A DNA stretch of 64,000 nt, taken from NCBI GenBank assembly GCA_023334545.1, contig JAADVB010000073.1, positions 1 through 64,000 of the forward strand, read 5' to 3'. This document shows, one piece after another, positions 11,633-22,559 of the stretch. A program made the translations under genes and the position numbers. Source of the DNA: Salisapilia sapeloensis CBS 127946 (Eukaryota > Protista > Oomycota). A model generated the notes under the pieces. That model was not told the origin of the DNA, searched no databases, and was given only the letters and a program-made list of their open reading frames with translations. The stretch's first letter is position 1. The number at the start of each line of letters is the position of its first letter.

Positions 11633-12929
11633 ATGAGTAGGGGGGATCTTGTCATTTCAGGAGACTGCGGTGGTACGAACACGCGTCTGTCGCTATGGCT
11701 CATTCCACGCACGGCTCGACACTTCTCCGGTACGTCTGACACATCTACATCGTGGTGAGATTTTTCTGACAAGAAGGATAGGAAATGTTGCCCCGGGGGA
11801 GATCATTTACGCGAAAAAGTATGAAAATGAAAACCACGCGAGCTTTGCTGAAGTCTGCCACTTGTTCATGTCCGAGGCGAACCTTCAGGGGAAGATCCCT
11901 AAGGCCTGCGTCCTCGCATGTGCCGGACCGATCCTCCGGAACACCGTGACGTACGTTCTAATCTGTTTTTTTACGAATTCCCTCGACTAATTCGACTATA
12001 GATTCACCAACATCCAGGATGGATGGACGATTAACGGTCCTGCGCTCCAGAACGAGCTCGGCATCCCGAACGTGAAGCTCATTAACGACTTCCAGGCCAT
12101 GGGATATGGTCTCCTGACCCTCAAGCCGCACGAGTACATCGTCTTGAACGAAGCCGAGGCAGAGGAAGGTGCTCCGAAGGCGACCATTGGCGCTGGCACG
12201 GGACTCGGTGAATGCTACTTGACGGCCGGTAACGACGGCGAGTACTCTTGCTACGCCTGTGAAGGTGGTCACACGGACTTTGCGCCCGCGGATGAGCTGG
12301 AAATCGAGCTGTACAACCACATCAAGGAATGGCTTGGATGCGAACGTCGTTTCTCGGTCGAGCGTATCCTCAGTGGCCCTGGCTTAGCGACCATCTACGA
12401 CTTCCTCCAGCAAAAGTACCCGGATAAGGTGAACCCGAACATCCGAAGGGAGTTTGATGAAGCGACTGCGTTCAAGGCTCGAGTCGTTGGCACGTACGCC
12501 AAGTCCGACGAGCTCTGTGCGCAAGCGATGGACATCTTCGTCGGTGCGTACGGCCGAGAGGCTGGTAACGCCATGCTCAAGTACTTGCCTCGTGGTGGTT
12601 TCTACATCACGGGCGGCCTTGCGCCGAAGAACTTGGACTTTTTCACGAAGAAGGACACATTCTTGAAGAACTGCTTCGACAAGGGTCGTGTCAGCCCTGC
12701 GCTGGAAGCCATCCCGATCTACCTCGTCTTGACTGAAGACTTGGGCGAGCGTGGAGCCCACTTCTATGCGTACCAGCTCTTGCGTACGCACCAGCAGCGC
12801 ATCGGACACGTTGACAACGCCCCTGGTGTTGACCAGAAGTATGCGACTTCGAACCACCTCGCGCTCTACACGGCCATTGCCGCGACTGCTGGTGCGGTTG
12901 GAGCTGCACTCTCGGCTGCCCGACGTTAA
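11633..12929 (+). CDS. glk: Glucokinase, bacterial Glk family, copy B, two introns, C-terminal hydrophobic tail
   Basis: MSRGDLVISGDCGGTNTRLSLW, with introns after ...RHFS and ...RNTVT. Same Glk motifs as copy A. Ends in LALYTAIAATAGAVGAALSAARR. Confidence 0.92.
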
Positions 12930-13059
12930 GTCGAGGTATCATGGACATGATAATGGACATCAACATGAAACGTGAAATTGAGGTGAAAAGGAAGTGTTTA
13001 TATCTTTGGTCTTGTGTTTAACTCTGCTATCTGACCTGCCATTTTGTCTTGGAAGTGCT

Positions 13060-14297
13060 CTACTCTTCGATAGTTAAGGGGGCAACCTTCACCTTTCTAG
13101 GAGACACTTTACTCGAATTGGTGCCAGGATATACACCCTTGAAATTACTTCCACTATTTCCTTTGGGTCCGCTTCCATGCGTTGATGACCTTTGTTCACG
13201 TTCACGAGCTGCTCCAAGAACGATGAAGCTTACAAATAGGTAAGAGACGACTAGAGAAGTGTGGGAAGCGACGGAAGCAGCACGTTGGCCGTTCATAACA
13301 ATAGATGAAGTGTCAGTGGTATTCTCGACGGTGTACTTGTACGTGGCTGCCACCATACCACAATAGTGCGTACCACAGACAGCGAGTCCCATGATGACAC
13401 CACTTGCAACACGGAGTTTGTTGTTGTAAGGGAAAAACGTCAGCTAGGAGCAGACATTAGGCTGTTATTCGTCACATGACTATGCAGATGAGAGAAGAGT
13501 ATACCACACGAAAGATGATCCAGAATGCAGCACTAGCCGCGACAAGTGCGATGACGGTGGAGAGGCCAATGAAAAGATGGTCAAGCTCCATCTTGATATG
13601 GGATCGTTGAGCGAACATACCCAAATAGTGCATGCTGAGGACACCAAAAGCAGCAAGAGCACCTCCCAGAACTGTGTAGTGGAGCCGAGAGAAGAGGGCT
13701 ACAAACTTTAAAAAGATCAGCGTGGTTTTAAATCATAGATGAGAGATGTGGTAACCTTTATCTTTTTTCCAACTGCCTCCTTGTTCACGATCGTTGACAT
13801 CTTTATATTCTTCATCTTCTGTGCAATTAACGACTTGCGGTGTTCTGTTTCAATTATAGCGTATATTGGGTCCCTGGAAGCGATGTAGAGGCCACCGAAG
13901 ACTCCTACGACGGCGCTGACAAAGGAGAGGATCGTATAACCTACTTCAAAGTCCATCGGGAGAATTGTTCCATCGGAAATGACAAGTTGAAGCGCGGTCA
14001 TGCCAGTAAAGTGCATCGCCCAAATAGCGCAACCGCCTAAAGCGTGCGCCGCGACGCATAGTATCATTAGCTTGCGCCACTTCTCTGATTCCTCGCGCCA
14101 TTGCTCCATTAACTGCAAAGCTACATAATTCGAGTTTATGAATGCTTTATGGGTTTATATTCTAGTTTTGATAAAAGATTTTACATACTGCTGTAGCTTC
14201 CTGTGAAGGAAATGACAAAGGACAGGAAGATATTTCCCGCGTCCCATACTTGTGTGATTATTTCGCCTTCAACTTCCGTGATTCCTGAGTTCGACAT
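13060..14297 (-). CDS. Stand-alone MHYT-domain integral membrane protein, multi-exon
   Basis: Three MHYT-type repeats: IWAMHFTGM, LSMHYLGM (read on the minus strand near 13620), CGTHYCGM. N-terminus WDAGNIFLSFVISFTGSY is typical of the family. Confidence 0.8.
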
Positions 14298-14480
14298 GAT
14301 GGTTTCTTTCTGACAACTGTGTGCACGCCACAGTGTGCCAAGCAATATTGAGCTATTATAAGAATGTAATTTATATAGTTTAGTACTGCACAAGTTTCTA
14401 ATAATACTTTGTCGGATCCCCCACGTGCAAGCATAATTGTCAAGTGCAGATAGTTATCTACCAAATAATGCTATGTAATC

Positions 14481-16484
14481 TCATGCTTTCCGAGCCAGTA
14501 GCTTTAGAAAAGGATTTGGCTTCGCAGCTATTATATGGTACAGCACGTCCGCGTTGTTTGCATCGCAACGGTCAATGATCTGTATCGCACCGTTGTCCGC
14601 TTGCTGCTGTTCAATCCAATGTACTGTTGATTCACCAGCAATTAAGAGGCTCTTCATCGTGTGTGATTGTATTCTTTTCTCCCAAAAGCTTAACAACTTT
14701 CTGGATCCGGTTTCAAATTCACGACATTCCGTTACTCCAATCGGACCAACCCACACGACAGTTGATTCTCCCATTTCCTCTATCCTGCTAATCAATGAGT
14801 TTACTGAAGTTGGACCTATATCAAAGGCTCTGTCCATCCATTCAACCCCTCTCCATTCACTTAAAACATTTGCTTGATCCATGTCAACTGATCCAGCTTC
14901 CATTTCTTCATCAGCCTGACTATCTGAAGTTGGTTCTAGCAGACTAGTTTTCCCATCAACTACGACGAAGTGGTTTAAAAGATTCTCATCAATGTTGTGG
15001 ATGGAAACCCAACAACCTTGGTCAGGGTTCTCAGCATCTGAAAGAGATACTTGAGCAATATCTCCGTCAAAGGACCAAGGACGTTCTGGCGAGTCCGATT
15101 CCGCAGGTTCTGTTAAACTTTTCTTCTTCTTCTTCGATCGTTTTGCTTTCACGCCTTCGTCGCTATCTTCTTCATGCGAATCATTATCATCCTCATCGTC
15201 AGCAGGAATGTGTTCTTGGTCAGAGAGAGCATATTCTCCAACCAAAAATTCTGCTGGAAGGAGAATATCCACACCATGACGATTTGCCTTTTGAAGCAGC
15301 TTTGATATTGCGGGAATAAGTGGATTAAAGGTAGACGATCTTGCTTCATATGGAAGCCTTTTAAATGTTAAAGCAAGGTAGAATGTTGCTGCGAGTTGGC
15401 CTGCTATGAAAACAGTTTGAACGATATCCATCAGACTATCGATTAGGCGAAGTTTCCTCTCAATTCCTACTCCACCAATGATAGCGATACCATGTCGGTC
15501 GCGACAACTCGAAGGAATTTTTAATAGGTCGTTCCAGCGACTGACTAACGGTTTTAAGCTAGGGCCAAGGACAACTTGTTTAGATCCGTCCGTACCTCGT
15601 GTTAGCATTTCAAATAGCAACGCATGACGCTTGTCTGGAAAGGTGTCGAAAACGACAGCGCCAACTGCATTCTTAAGCTTTTGGGCAAGTGATGCACCCT
15701 GCCTTACTTGCTCCATCGTTAAGTTTTTTGTCGTATGCTCATCATTAGAGCAATTGGTTTCACCTACTGGTAATTCAGCCTCTATATTTGCCTGATTCAG
15801 GATAGAATAGTCTTGCTCTTCAACTTCAATGGCCTTGTCAATATGCTCTAAAAGTATAACACGAGGTTGTTCGTCATCGCTTAGTGTTTCCCCGTTGTTG
15901 TTATTATCCAGTGCTTCGATTTCCGTGTATGAGCGACAAAATTGAACCTGCACACCCAGCTCTCTCGCCAGCATCTTCGCCGCTGGCTCCAATGATAATT
16001 TTGCTGACATTTCAGCCAAGATCTCTGTTTCAGTCACATTTCTGGCTGCAGCGTTTGCCTTTAAAACGCTCTTTACCTCGACATTTAAAGGCGGAGTTCG
16101 GTGCTTACTTATAACTACAATTGGGCTGCTACTCTCTGAAGCTTCAATAAGCTTTTGAAGCGAACGAACCACATTTGCAAGCTTTTTGATTTTAGCAGGT
16201 ACAAACTTTGGATGCTGTAGTAGTTCGTCTGAAAATTCCCACTCCAAGAGCTTCTTCTCTGTATCTGAATCTCCTTCCTTATCATCTTCTTCATCTTTCG
16301 TGTCGTGGTTTGTTTCGTTTGTATCCTGCGAATCTCCAGTGGCCTGGACTTCTTTCAATGAATACCAGTGCGCTAGGTCGCTATCTGCGAAACAGAGTAC
16401 TGCACGCTCAATCATGTGCTTGCTTTCTGTGATGAAGGTTTCAGGATCGGTTCGATGAATAACACGTTTGTTCGTACATTTCAA
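14481..16484 (-). CDS. Phosphoglycerate-kinase-like domain, catalytically degenerate; probably the 3' part of the upstream MYCBPAP-like gene
   Basis: PGK-ordered segments: LSLEPAAKMLARELG, VILLEH, VVFDTF, IAIIGGVGIERKLRLIDSL, FIAGQLAATF, FDIGPTS, VVWVGPIGVTECREFETGS, LIAGEST. Conserved substrate-binding residues are replaced. Confidence 0.75.
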   Translation of the reverse strand: MKCTNKRVIHRTDPETFITESKHMIERAVLCFADSDLAHWYSLKEVQATGDSQDTNETNHDTKDEEDDKEGDSDTEKKLLEWEFSDELLQHPKFVPAKIKKLANVVRSLQKLIEASESSSPIVVISKHRTPPLNVEVKSVLKANAAARNVTETEILAEMSAKLSLEPAAKMLARELGVQVQFCRSYTEIEALDNNNNGETLSDDEQPRVILLEHIDKAIEVEEQDYSILNQANIEAELPVGETNCSNDEHTTKNLTMEQVRQGASLAQKLKNAVGAVVFDTFPDKRHALLFEMLTRGTDGSKQVVLGPSLKPLVSRWNDLLKIPSSCRDRHGIAIIGGVGIERKLRLIDSLMDIVQTVFIAGQLAATFYLALTFKRLPYEARSSTFNPLIPAISKLLQKANRHGVDILLPAEFLVGEYALSDQEHIPADDEDDNDSHEEDSDEGVKAKRSKKKKKSLTEPAESDSPERPWSFDGDIAQVSLSDAENPDQGCWVSIHNIDENLLNHFVVVDGKTSLLEPTSDSQADEEMEAGSVDMDQANVLSEWRGVEWMDRAFDIGPTSVNSLISRIEEMGESTVVWVGPIGVTECREFETGSRKLLSFWEKRIQSHTMKSLLIAGESTVHWIEQQQADNGAIQIIDRCDANNADVLYHIIAAKPNPFLKLLARKA

Positions 16485-16492
16485 TTCTAAAA

Positions 16493-17076
16493 TTATTCTA
16501 TTTCGGTTAATACAGCAGCCTCCACCTTTTTTGGTGGTAACGACAGGGATTCTAAGGAGAGCAAACGATGTAGATCCAAGCTCTGGAATTGTCGTCGTTC
16601 CTGCGCGTACTTAACGTCAACCTCGGTGTCCATTTGCACAGCGTGATCAATGGAGGTGACCAAAAGGTTCGAGACCCGCTTGTTTAAAGCTACTTTTTCT
16701 TCACCCTCTAGACTTGATATGTTGTAAAGAATCGGAACTTCAGCGCATAGATCACTTATGGCTAGTGAGACAGCACTTTTAAAATTCCCAGAGCTGTAAG
16801 GTGCGGTGCACGCAGCATAATAGAGCTTTAAATAATCTTCATGGTATCTTAGATACAGCTGTGCCATTTCTTCTTGAAGCTCATGCTTCTGAGACTCAAT
16901 ATTTTCTCTTTTGGATAGTTTTGCTGGTGCAAGTGCCGGCTTTTCATCCACTTCACCTGCAATTGTTTCGTCTGCGTTACTTTCGTCATTACCCCCATCT
17001 TTTACCTTTTCTTCTTCGTCTCCTTCGTCCTCTTCTTCCTCTTCTTCTTCCTCTTCCTCTTCCTCTTCTTCTTCCG

Positions 17077-17113
<37 letters not shown>

Positions 17114-19221
17114 CTCTTCGTCATCTTCCAATTCGTCCTCTAAAGCCAATACATGTTTTAGCTTTTTATTAATGTTGTTCCACATTCGACGATTCTTGTC
17201 TTCTGCCTCTTGAGTAATCCGTTGAAGCGTGTCTAGTGAAAAGTCCCAGTCCTCTGGATAAGGATTCATCAATATAGTTGGTACACATAATTCTTTTTCG
17301 GCGACGCTCGTTTTCTCATCATTTACTGCTTCACTTGCTTCCCCTGTTTCTTCCTGAGTTTCCATTACTTCTATGCTCTCACTGACTTCTTTAACATTTA
17401 TTGCCGCCTTAGCTTGATGATACAGTTCTTGACAACATGAAATGAACGACTCTGAGTAGTACACATCTTGATGAGCAGAGTTCTTGTCGTAAAAGTCGCG
17501 AGCCGAATTACATAGATCTGGAAACGTGAGGTGGTGTTTGGTCACTATGTTGTCAATTATGTTGCACAACAGCGTCCTCGTCATCTCTTGAACTGTATCG
17601 CGCTCAGCCTTTAATAGTGCTTCCTCTCTTTGCTTTTGAGGTCGGAAGGTGTCGACTACCGAGCAGTGCAGCTCCACCATAGCAACGTCTTTGTGATTCA
17701 TCGCATTGGTAGATGTGTCACTGTACAAGACCAATGGTCTCGGTGAGACGTCGAGGATCCACTTCTCCAAGAACATACCAGTCGTAGAAGACTGGAAACT
17801 AAACGTGACAGCCTCATGCTCACCAGGTTGAACGGATCCCGACAGGTGAGAAATGGATGTGTATGAGCCAGGCTTTAATTTGTCGTCTTGAAAATCGAGG
17901 CCACAATACGGTGCTCTAGACCATTGGAAAGATAGATCTGTGGTGCCTTCATTCGATACGACAATGGTCCGAGACTTTGTTTTGCTGATGGTCGAATCAA
18001 AGTCAAGACGAACAATTGCCATCTCTTGGCTGTTTTCAGGATTGTTTACGGTGGTCGGGCGTTGATAGCTTTCGCCATTTTCTAGAGTGACTATGCGAAG
18101 GCACGGGCCAACGTCTTGCACTTCATCCGCCATATCATCCACATCTTTTTCTTCTGCTACTTGACTGGTGTCTTTGTTAATATCTACGTGAAGTTCGTCG
18201 TGGCGCGTTCGCTGTGCCCAGGCGAACAGATCTTCGGTTACAACGTTTAGATGATCACTATGTATGGACGTTGTGAGGTTCCTGCTTGCAGAATAATATT
18301 GTAAGCATCGACGTACCTACTGCTACTCGGAACTTCATATGGCTGTATCAATCGTAATTGCTTTCTCATTCGCCTCTTTTGCTTTTCAAGATAGTTATCA
18401 TTGTGCTTTGTATGTCCTCCTTTGTTGCTTATGTCCTGCTGGCCATCCAGTGGGCGTCGAACGCGCGGCCCCAGAGATGCGCTTGGGCGTATCGGACAGA
18501 AGAGTCCACTGAAGATATTTCCGACAGGTACATAACGAGTTCCGTCATCCCTTAGATTAGCCATCCATCCATCTTCCCCAAACTTCTCTTCGATCGGGCG
18601 AGCTCTTTCTAGCGCATCGTACGCTTCAATTTGCTCTCGATATGCAGTAGACTTACTCATCACAAGTTCAGATGTGCTCTTGCCTAGCTTCTTAGCTGTC
18701 CTAACGGAAAACTTTTCCCATACTTTGTTAATTTCTTGCCATTTCTTTAATACGCGTTCTTGTCGCTCTTGTTCGGGGCGAACATCCTTTGGCAGCGACC
18801 GAATCCATCGAGCATAAGATTTATCGGATAATTGTTGATGTTGAAGATCCTGCTCAGTGGTAGTCAGATTAACACTACGAGTACTACCTTGTCGAACAGG
18901 TGACTCCTTGGACGGTGAGTTAACACTTCGGTAATCACGTGAAGATTGATTCGATGCTGAATTAGCTGCTTCCTCTTCATCAGATAGCTCATTACGCTCA
19001 GCGAGCTTCTCAGCAAGATAGTCACCATAACGACGTCGATCATCTTCGTTCCCGAGAATTGCATAGGATGGCACATCATCGATTGAATCAGGAAGTATAT
19101 CAAGATCTGGTTTTGGAATAACGATTGGAACAGGCTCTTCTTTCTTTATCTTCCTCGCAACTACAATTGACCGCTTAGGTTTTGCGATTTTCTGCGGCTT
19201 ATCTTCCACCGCTTTCATCAT
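16493..19221 (-). CDS. MYCBPAP: MYCBP-associated protein (MYCBPAP/FAP147-like, ASH/Ig-like domain), flagellar; spliced ORFs 18247-19251 and 16493-18142
   Basis: WMANLRDDGTRYVPVGNIFSGLFCPIR. An intron (GTACGT...CATAG) joins to DHLNVVTEDLFAWA. ASH-like segment VSNEGTTDLSFQW...GSVQPGEHEAVTFSFQSSTTGMFLEKWIL. Confidence 0.7.
17010..17139 (-). repeat. GAR trinucleotide low-complexity tract encoding poly-Glu
   Basis: Run of TCT/TCC on the + strand; translates EDELEDDEEEEEEE...EDEGDEEE on the minus strand. Confidence 0.9.
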
Positions 19222-19433
19222 GGCGAGTAAATGAAAAGCGAGGCGTTTCAACTACAAGAATATGCCTCTGATCGTTTCCACAGCATACTCTAAAGAAAAC
19301 CTTTTATGAGATGTCATCGTTTCTGTATCAAAAATATGATGGCTTATCCGCGTCAAAGAAGTCTATGCATTTAAAGCGAAAGCCTGATAGGAACCACAAT
19401 AAAATGCATGAAAAGCTCTGTTGTCGAAAAATA

Positions 19434-19506
19434 TGCCGCGACCCGGGATCGAACCGGGGACCTCAAGAACTTCAGTCTTGCGCTCTCCCAACTGAGCTAT
19501 CGAGGC
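19434..19506 (-). tRNA. trnF-GAA: tRNA-Phe(GAA), copy 1
   Basis: GCCTCGATAGCTCAGTTGGGAGAGCGCAAGACTGAAGTTCTTGAGGTCCCCGGTTCGATCCCGGGTCGCGGCA: 73 nt, A and B boxes, anticodon arm CAAGA-CTGAAGT-TCTTG, T-run downstream. Confidence 0.95.
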
Positions 19507-20965
19507 ATACATTCTGGGTTAAAGATGTATTATATAAATACGTAAATTTTGTATAAGTAACCTAAACAACTATCCCCTGCATTGATAGACGCTTAAGTCC
19601 GCTTCTGTAGAGGTTAGATACATTTAGAGATAGCCGAGCTTGTAAAAGCCATTACTTCAAGCAGAGCTTGCTGCTCATTGCATTCACAGCGACTTCCCAC
19701 CGAAGTGCAAATAGGAATTTACTTCAATAGCTTGGTTTGTCGACCGCGGACACCACCAAATGCTTTTCATACTACGGATGTGAACATCAATATCCATGTC
19801 TTCATCTGATAGCGTTTATGTTGCCCAATAATTACATTGACGAGTTTAGTCAGGTATGTACGTCCATCTCTGTAGGCGCCCAATGCCTGGAATAAACTTT
19901 CAGACGTATCAATAATGTCTACGGCAACAAACTCTTTACGTTACCAGTCCATCGACCAACATCGCCAGGTTTGTTGCTTTAACAGATGCTGCAGCTCCGA
20001 AATCAGTCGATCAAAGATCAACGCAAATAGAATTGGTGGTGAAGGATATGCTGTTGCCTTCGTCAATGTCGCGGACGGGTCTTGCCCATCTATTCGTTTA
20101 AATGTTTCGAAAAAAGATGCACTTCAATATTTGTCACTCGCCACTTCGGCGGCTTATTTCGACGCATATTACTGCTGCCATCGCGTATATACAAAGGAGA
20201 GCAAGTGTGAAATGTACAGATGCATATGACTGTTGTATGGGTTGCTGGGATACTGCCAAATACTGCTGTCTGGACAGCCCAGTTAATTTGGTATTTTTAG
20301 TTTTTCCCACACTGGATCATCATAAGCTAAGTAGCGGTTGATTGTGATGGGACGGAAAGTTCTTTATTTATGTATGAAGTTATGTCAGCCAACAACACCG
20401 AACGCCGCGCAAAGCTATGATGGGACGAAAAGTTGACTTCGATCGTCAAGGTTCCACAGTTACTATCACTTGCCTCAAATTGCCCAGAGACATTGCAACC
20501 AAGCTACGCAGCCTTCCAGCTTTTTTAAAATCGCAACAAGAGTAGAGTCAAAAGTAAGACCGTTATATGTGCATAAATCACCCAATGGTGGATAACTCGA
20601 GGCAACGTGAGAGTTACTTTTATTAAGAAGAACGTTGACGTAGTGTACCTGAAGGATGAATCGTTCTTATGAGGGGTATGTCCTCCATAGTATCGTAACA
20701 AAGCCTCATTGAAATGCTTGTATATTTCTATTCATCTACTCAGCAACTGGGGTAACTTGTCCTGGATTGGTAGAGTGCTTTCGAAAACTGCTTTCTTCGT
20801 GCTTGTACTTCTGTAATAGCATGGCAGAGATCCACAGCCAACGTGATGGCACCTCCATATCTTCAAAGGATTTTGATGAGTACATAAAGAAAATTATGTT
20901 TTGCTGTAGATGATGCAACCAAGAGCAATTTGGCGAGTGCAAAAAGTAGGCAAAAGCAAAAGGAA

Positions 20966-21038
20966 TGCCGCGACCCGGGATCGAACCGGGGACCTCAAGA
21001 ACTTCAGTCTTGCGCTCTCCCAACTGAGCTATCGAGGC
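20966..21038 (-). tRNA. trnF-GAA: tRNA-Phe(GAA), copy 2
   Basis: Identical 73-nt sequence to copy 1. Confidence 0.95.
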
Positions 21039-21353
21039 ATTATGACGACTCGTTCACAAAAGTATTATATAAATTAATGTATTAATTAATACAACAAACT
21101 TTTATTCGTTAACGTTTATCTGTTGAATATAACTAGTTGTATCATCTGTTAACACCTTACGTTCTCCAGTGCAACGATTCATATGAAATATCCCTTGTGC
21201 AGGCCGCATTATCTTGTAATGCAAAAAGTGTACGCCCAGCTAAAACAGCATTCAAAGTCAAAATAAAAACTCCATTTAAACTAGATTTATTGATAGTTTC
21301 TACCTTTAATTATAATAATTTATATAATACTTTTGTGAACGAGTCGTCATAAT

Positions 21354-21426
21354 GCATCGATAGCTCAGTTGGGAGAGCGCAAGACTGAAGTTCTTGAGGT
21401 CCCCGGTTCGATCCCGGGTCGCGGCA
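21354..21426 (+). tRNA. trnF-GAA: tRNA-Phe(GAA), copy 3, with C3>A in the acceptor stem (possibly impaired)
   Basis: GCATCGATAGCTCAG...GGGTCGCGGCA; differs from the other copies only at position 3. Confidence 0.85.
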
Positions 21427-22559
21427 TTCCTTTTGCTTTTGCCTACTTTTTGCACTCGCCAAATTGCTCTACATAAATAGTAACGCAGACTGGATGTGCT
21501 ATGTAAGCAGTAAGCGGGAGGATGGTTGTTAAAGCAGGTGTAAGAACCAGAATCCACACCAGAGTATCGGTATGGTAATATGCTAGGATCCGTAGGTCAA
21601 AACTCACACAGGCAAAGCACTCGAAGCGATCCGGAGTGAATCAGAATGCAATACATGTAGACATAGAAGCAGCATACAGATTTACGCAGGGACTAATGGT
21701 GACCGCGAGATCTTCAGTACCGGTAAATCCTTCGCCGGGTAAATTTATACATGGCGACCGTCCGCAGGCTCGCATCATGTGCACAGCAAAAGAAATTAAA
21801 CAGCAAGGACGAAAGAGTCATCTGCCTCCCACTGCAACAGTCACAATTGCCATCATTATATAAATCCTTTTTAGTGTATACAACAAACCAGCGCTCTGTT
21901 GAGATAGAGACCATCACACCAGAAGGTGCCGATTCTAGCTCCTGATCCGGTCACATAGCACTCACGATGCTTGACGGGATGCCTTACCTCCATCTGATTG
22001 CGCGGGAGAAGAGCCCGCCGGACTGATGAACACGCATCAATTCTGGTTTTGGAGACTGCTCCACATATGTGCACTATAATTGTACTTTACATTTGCATCC
22101 GCTGTGTCATTTACGCGTCATGTCGGTGGTCACGAAATATCAAAGACGAGTAGTTTATCCACGAAGTTGCCTTTGACAGTCTGGTACCTCTGCTGCTATT
22201 GTTATCAGAAATGTCAACAGTGTGAGGTGGTTTTATTCCTTGGAAGTTACGAAGACGTTTATAATTAAAAATGAGGGAGCGTGAAATGAAAGCCATAACA
22301 TGAAGTTGCTTGTGCATCATCTAGATTTATTGTCTTCAGCAGTTTCTATTCAGCGTTGTCTATTTTTCTGTCCGAGGTACGTTACCGTACGTACACAAGG
22401 CAAGCCAAATGCGACAGAAGGGTGGTATGTAAAGCACGCCGATAGTGTTTCCCCCGTACCGTCTCCATCTCAAGTAGTGGCGTCATGCCTCCGGCACATT
22501 TTCAAATTGGCACACTAAATCAACCTTCGAAACCATGACCATGCAGTGAACAGCAGACG

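Larger units (their letters stand above)
20922..21470. repeat. 155-bp inverted repeat (arms 20922-21076 and 21316-21470, 239-bp spacer), each arm containing a tRNA-Phe plus flanks
   Basis: The arms are reverse complements, including the non-tRNA flanks (AGAGCAATTTGGCGAGTGCAAAAAGTAGGC... and ATTATGACGACTCGTTCACAAAAGTATTATATAAATTA). One difference seen, at tRNA position 3. Confidence 0.92.

Noticed and set aside
16801-17213. Poly-Ser and Leu/Pro ORFs on the + strand
   Set aside because: Antisense reading of the poly-Glu tract.
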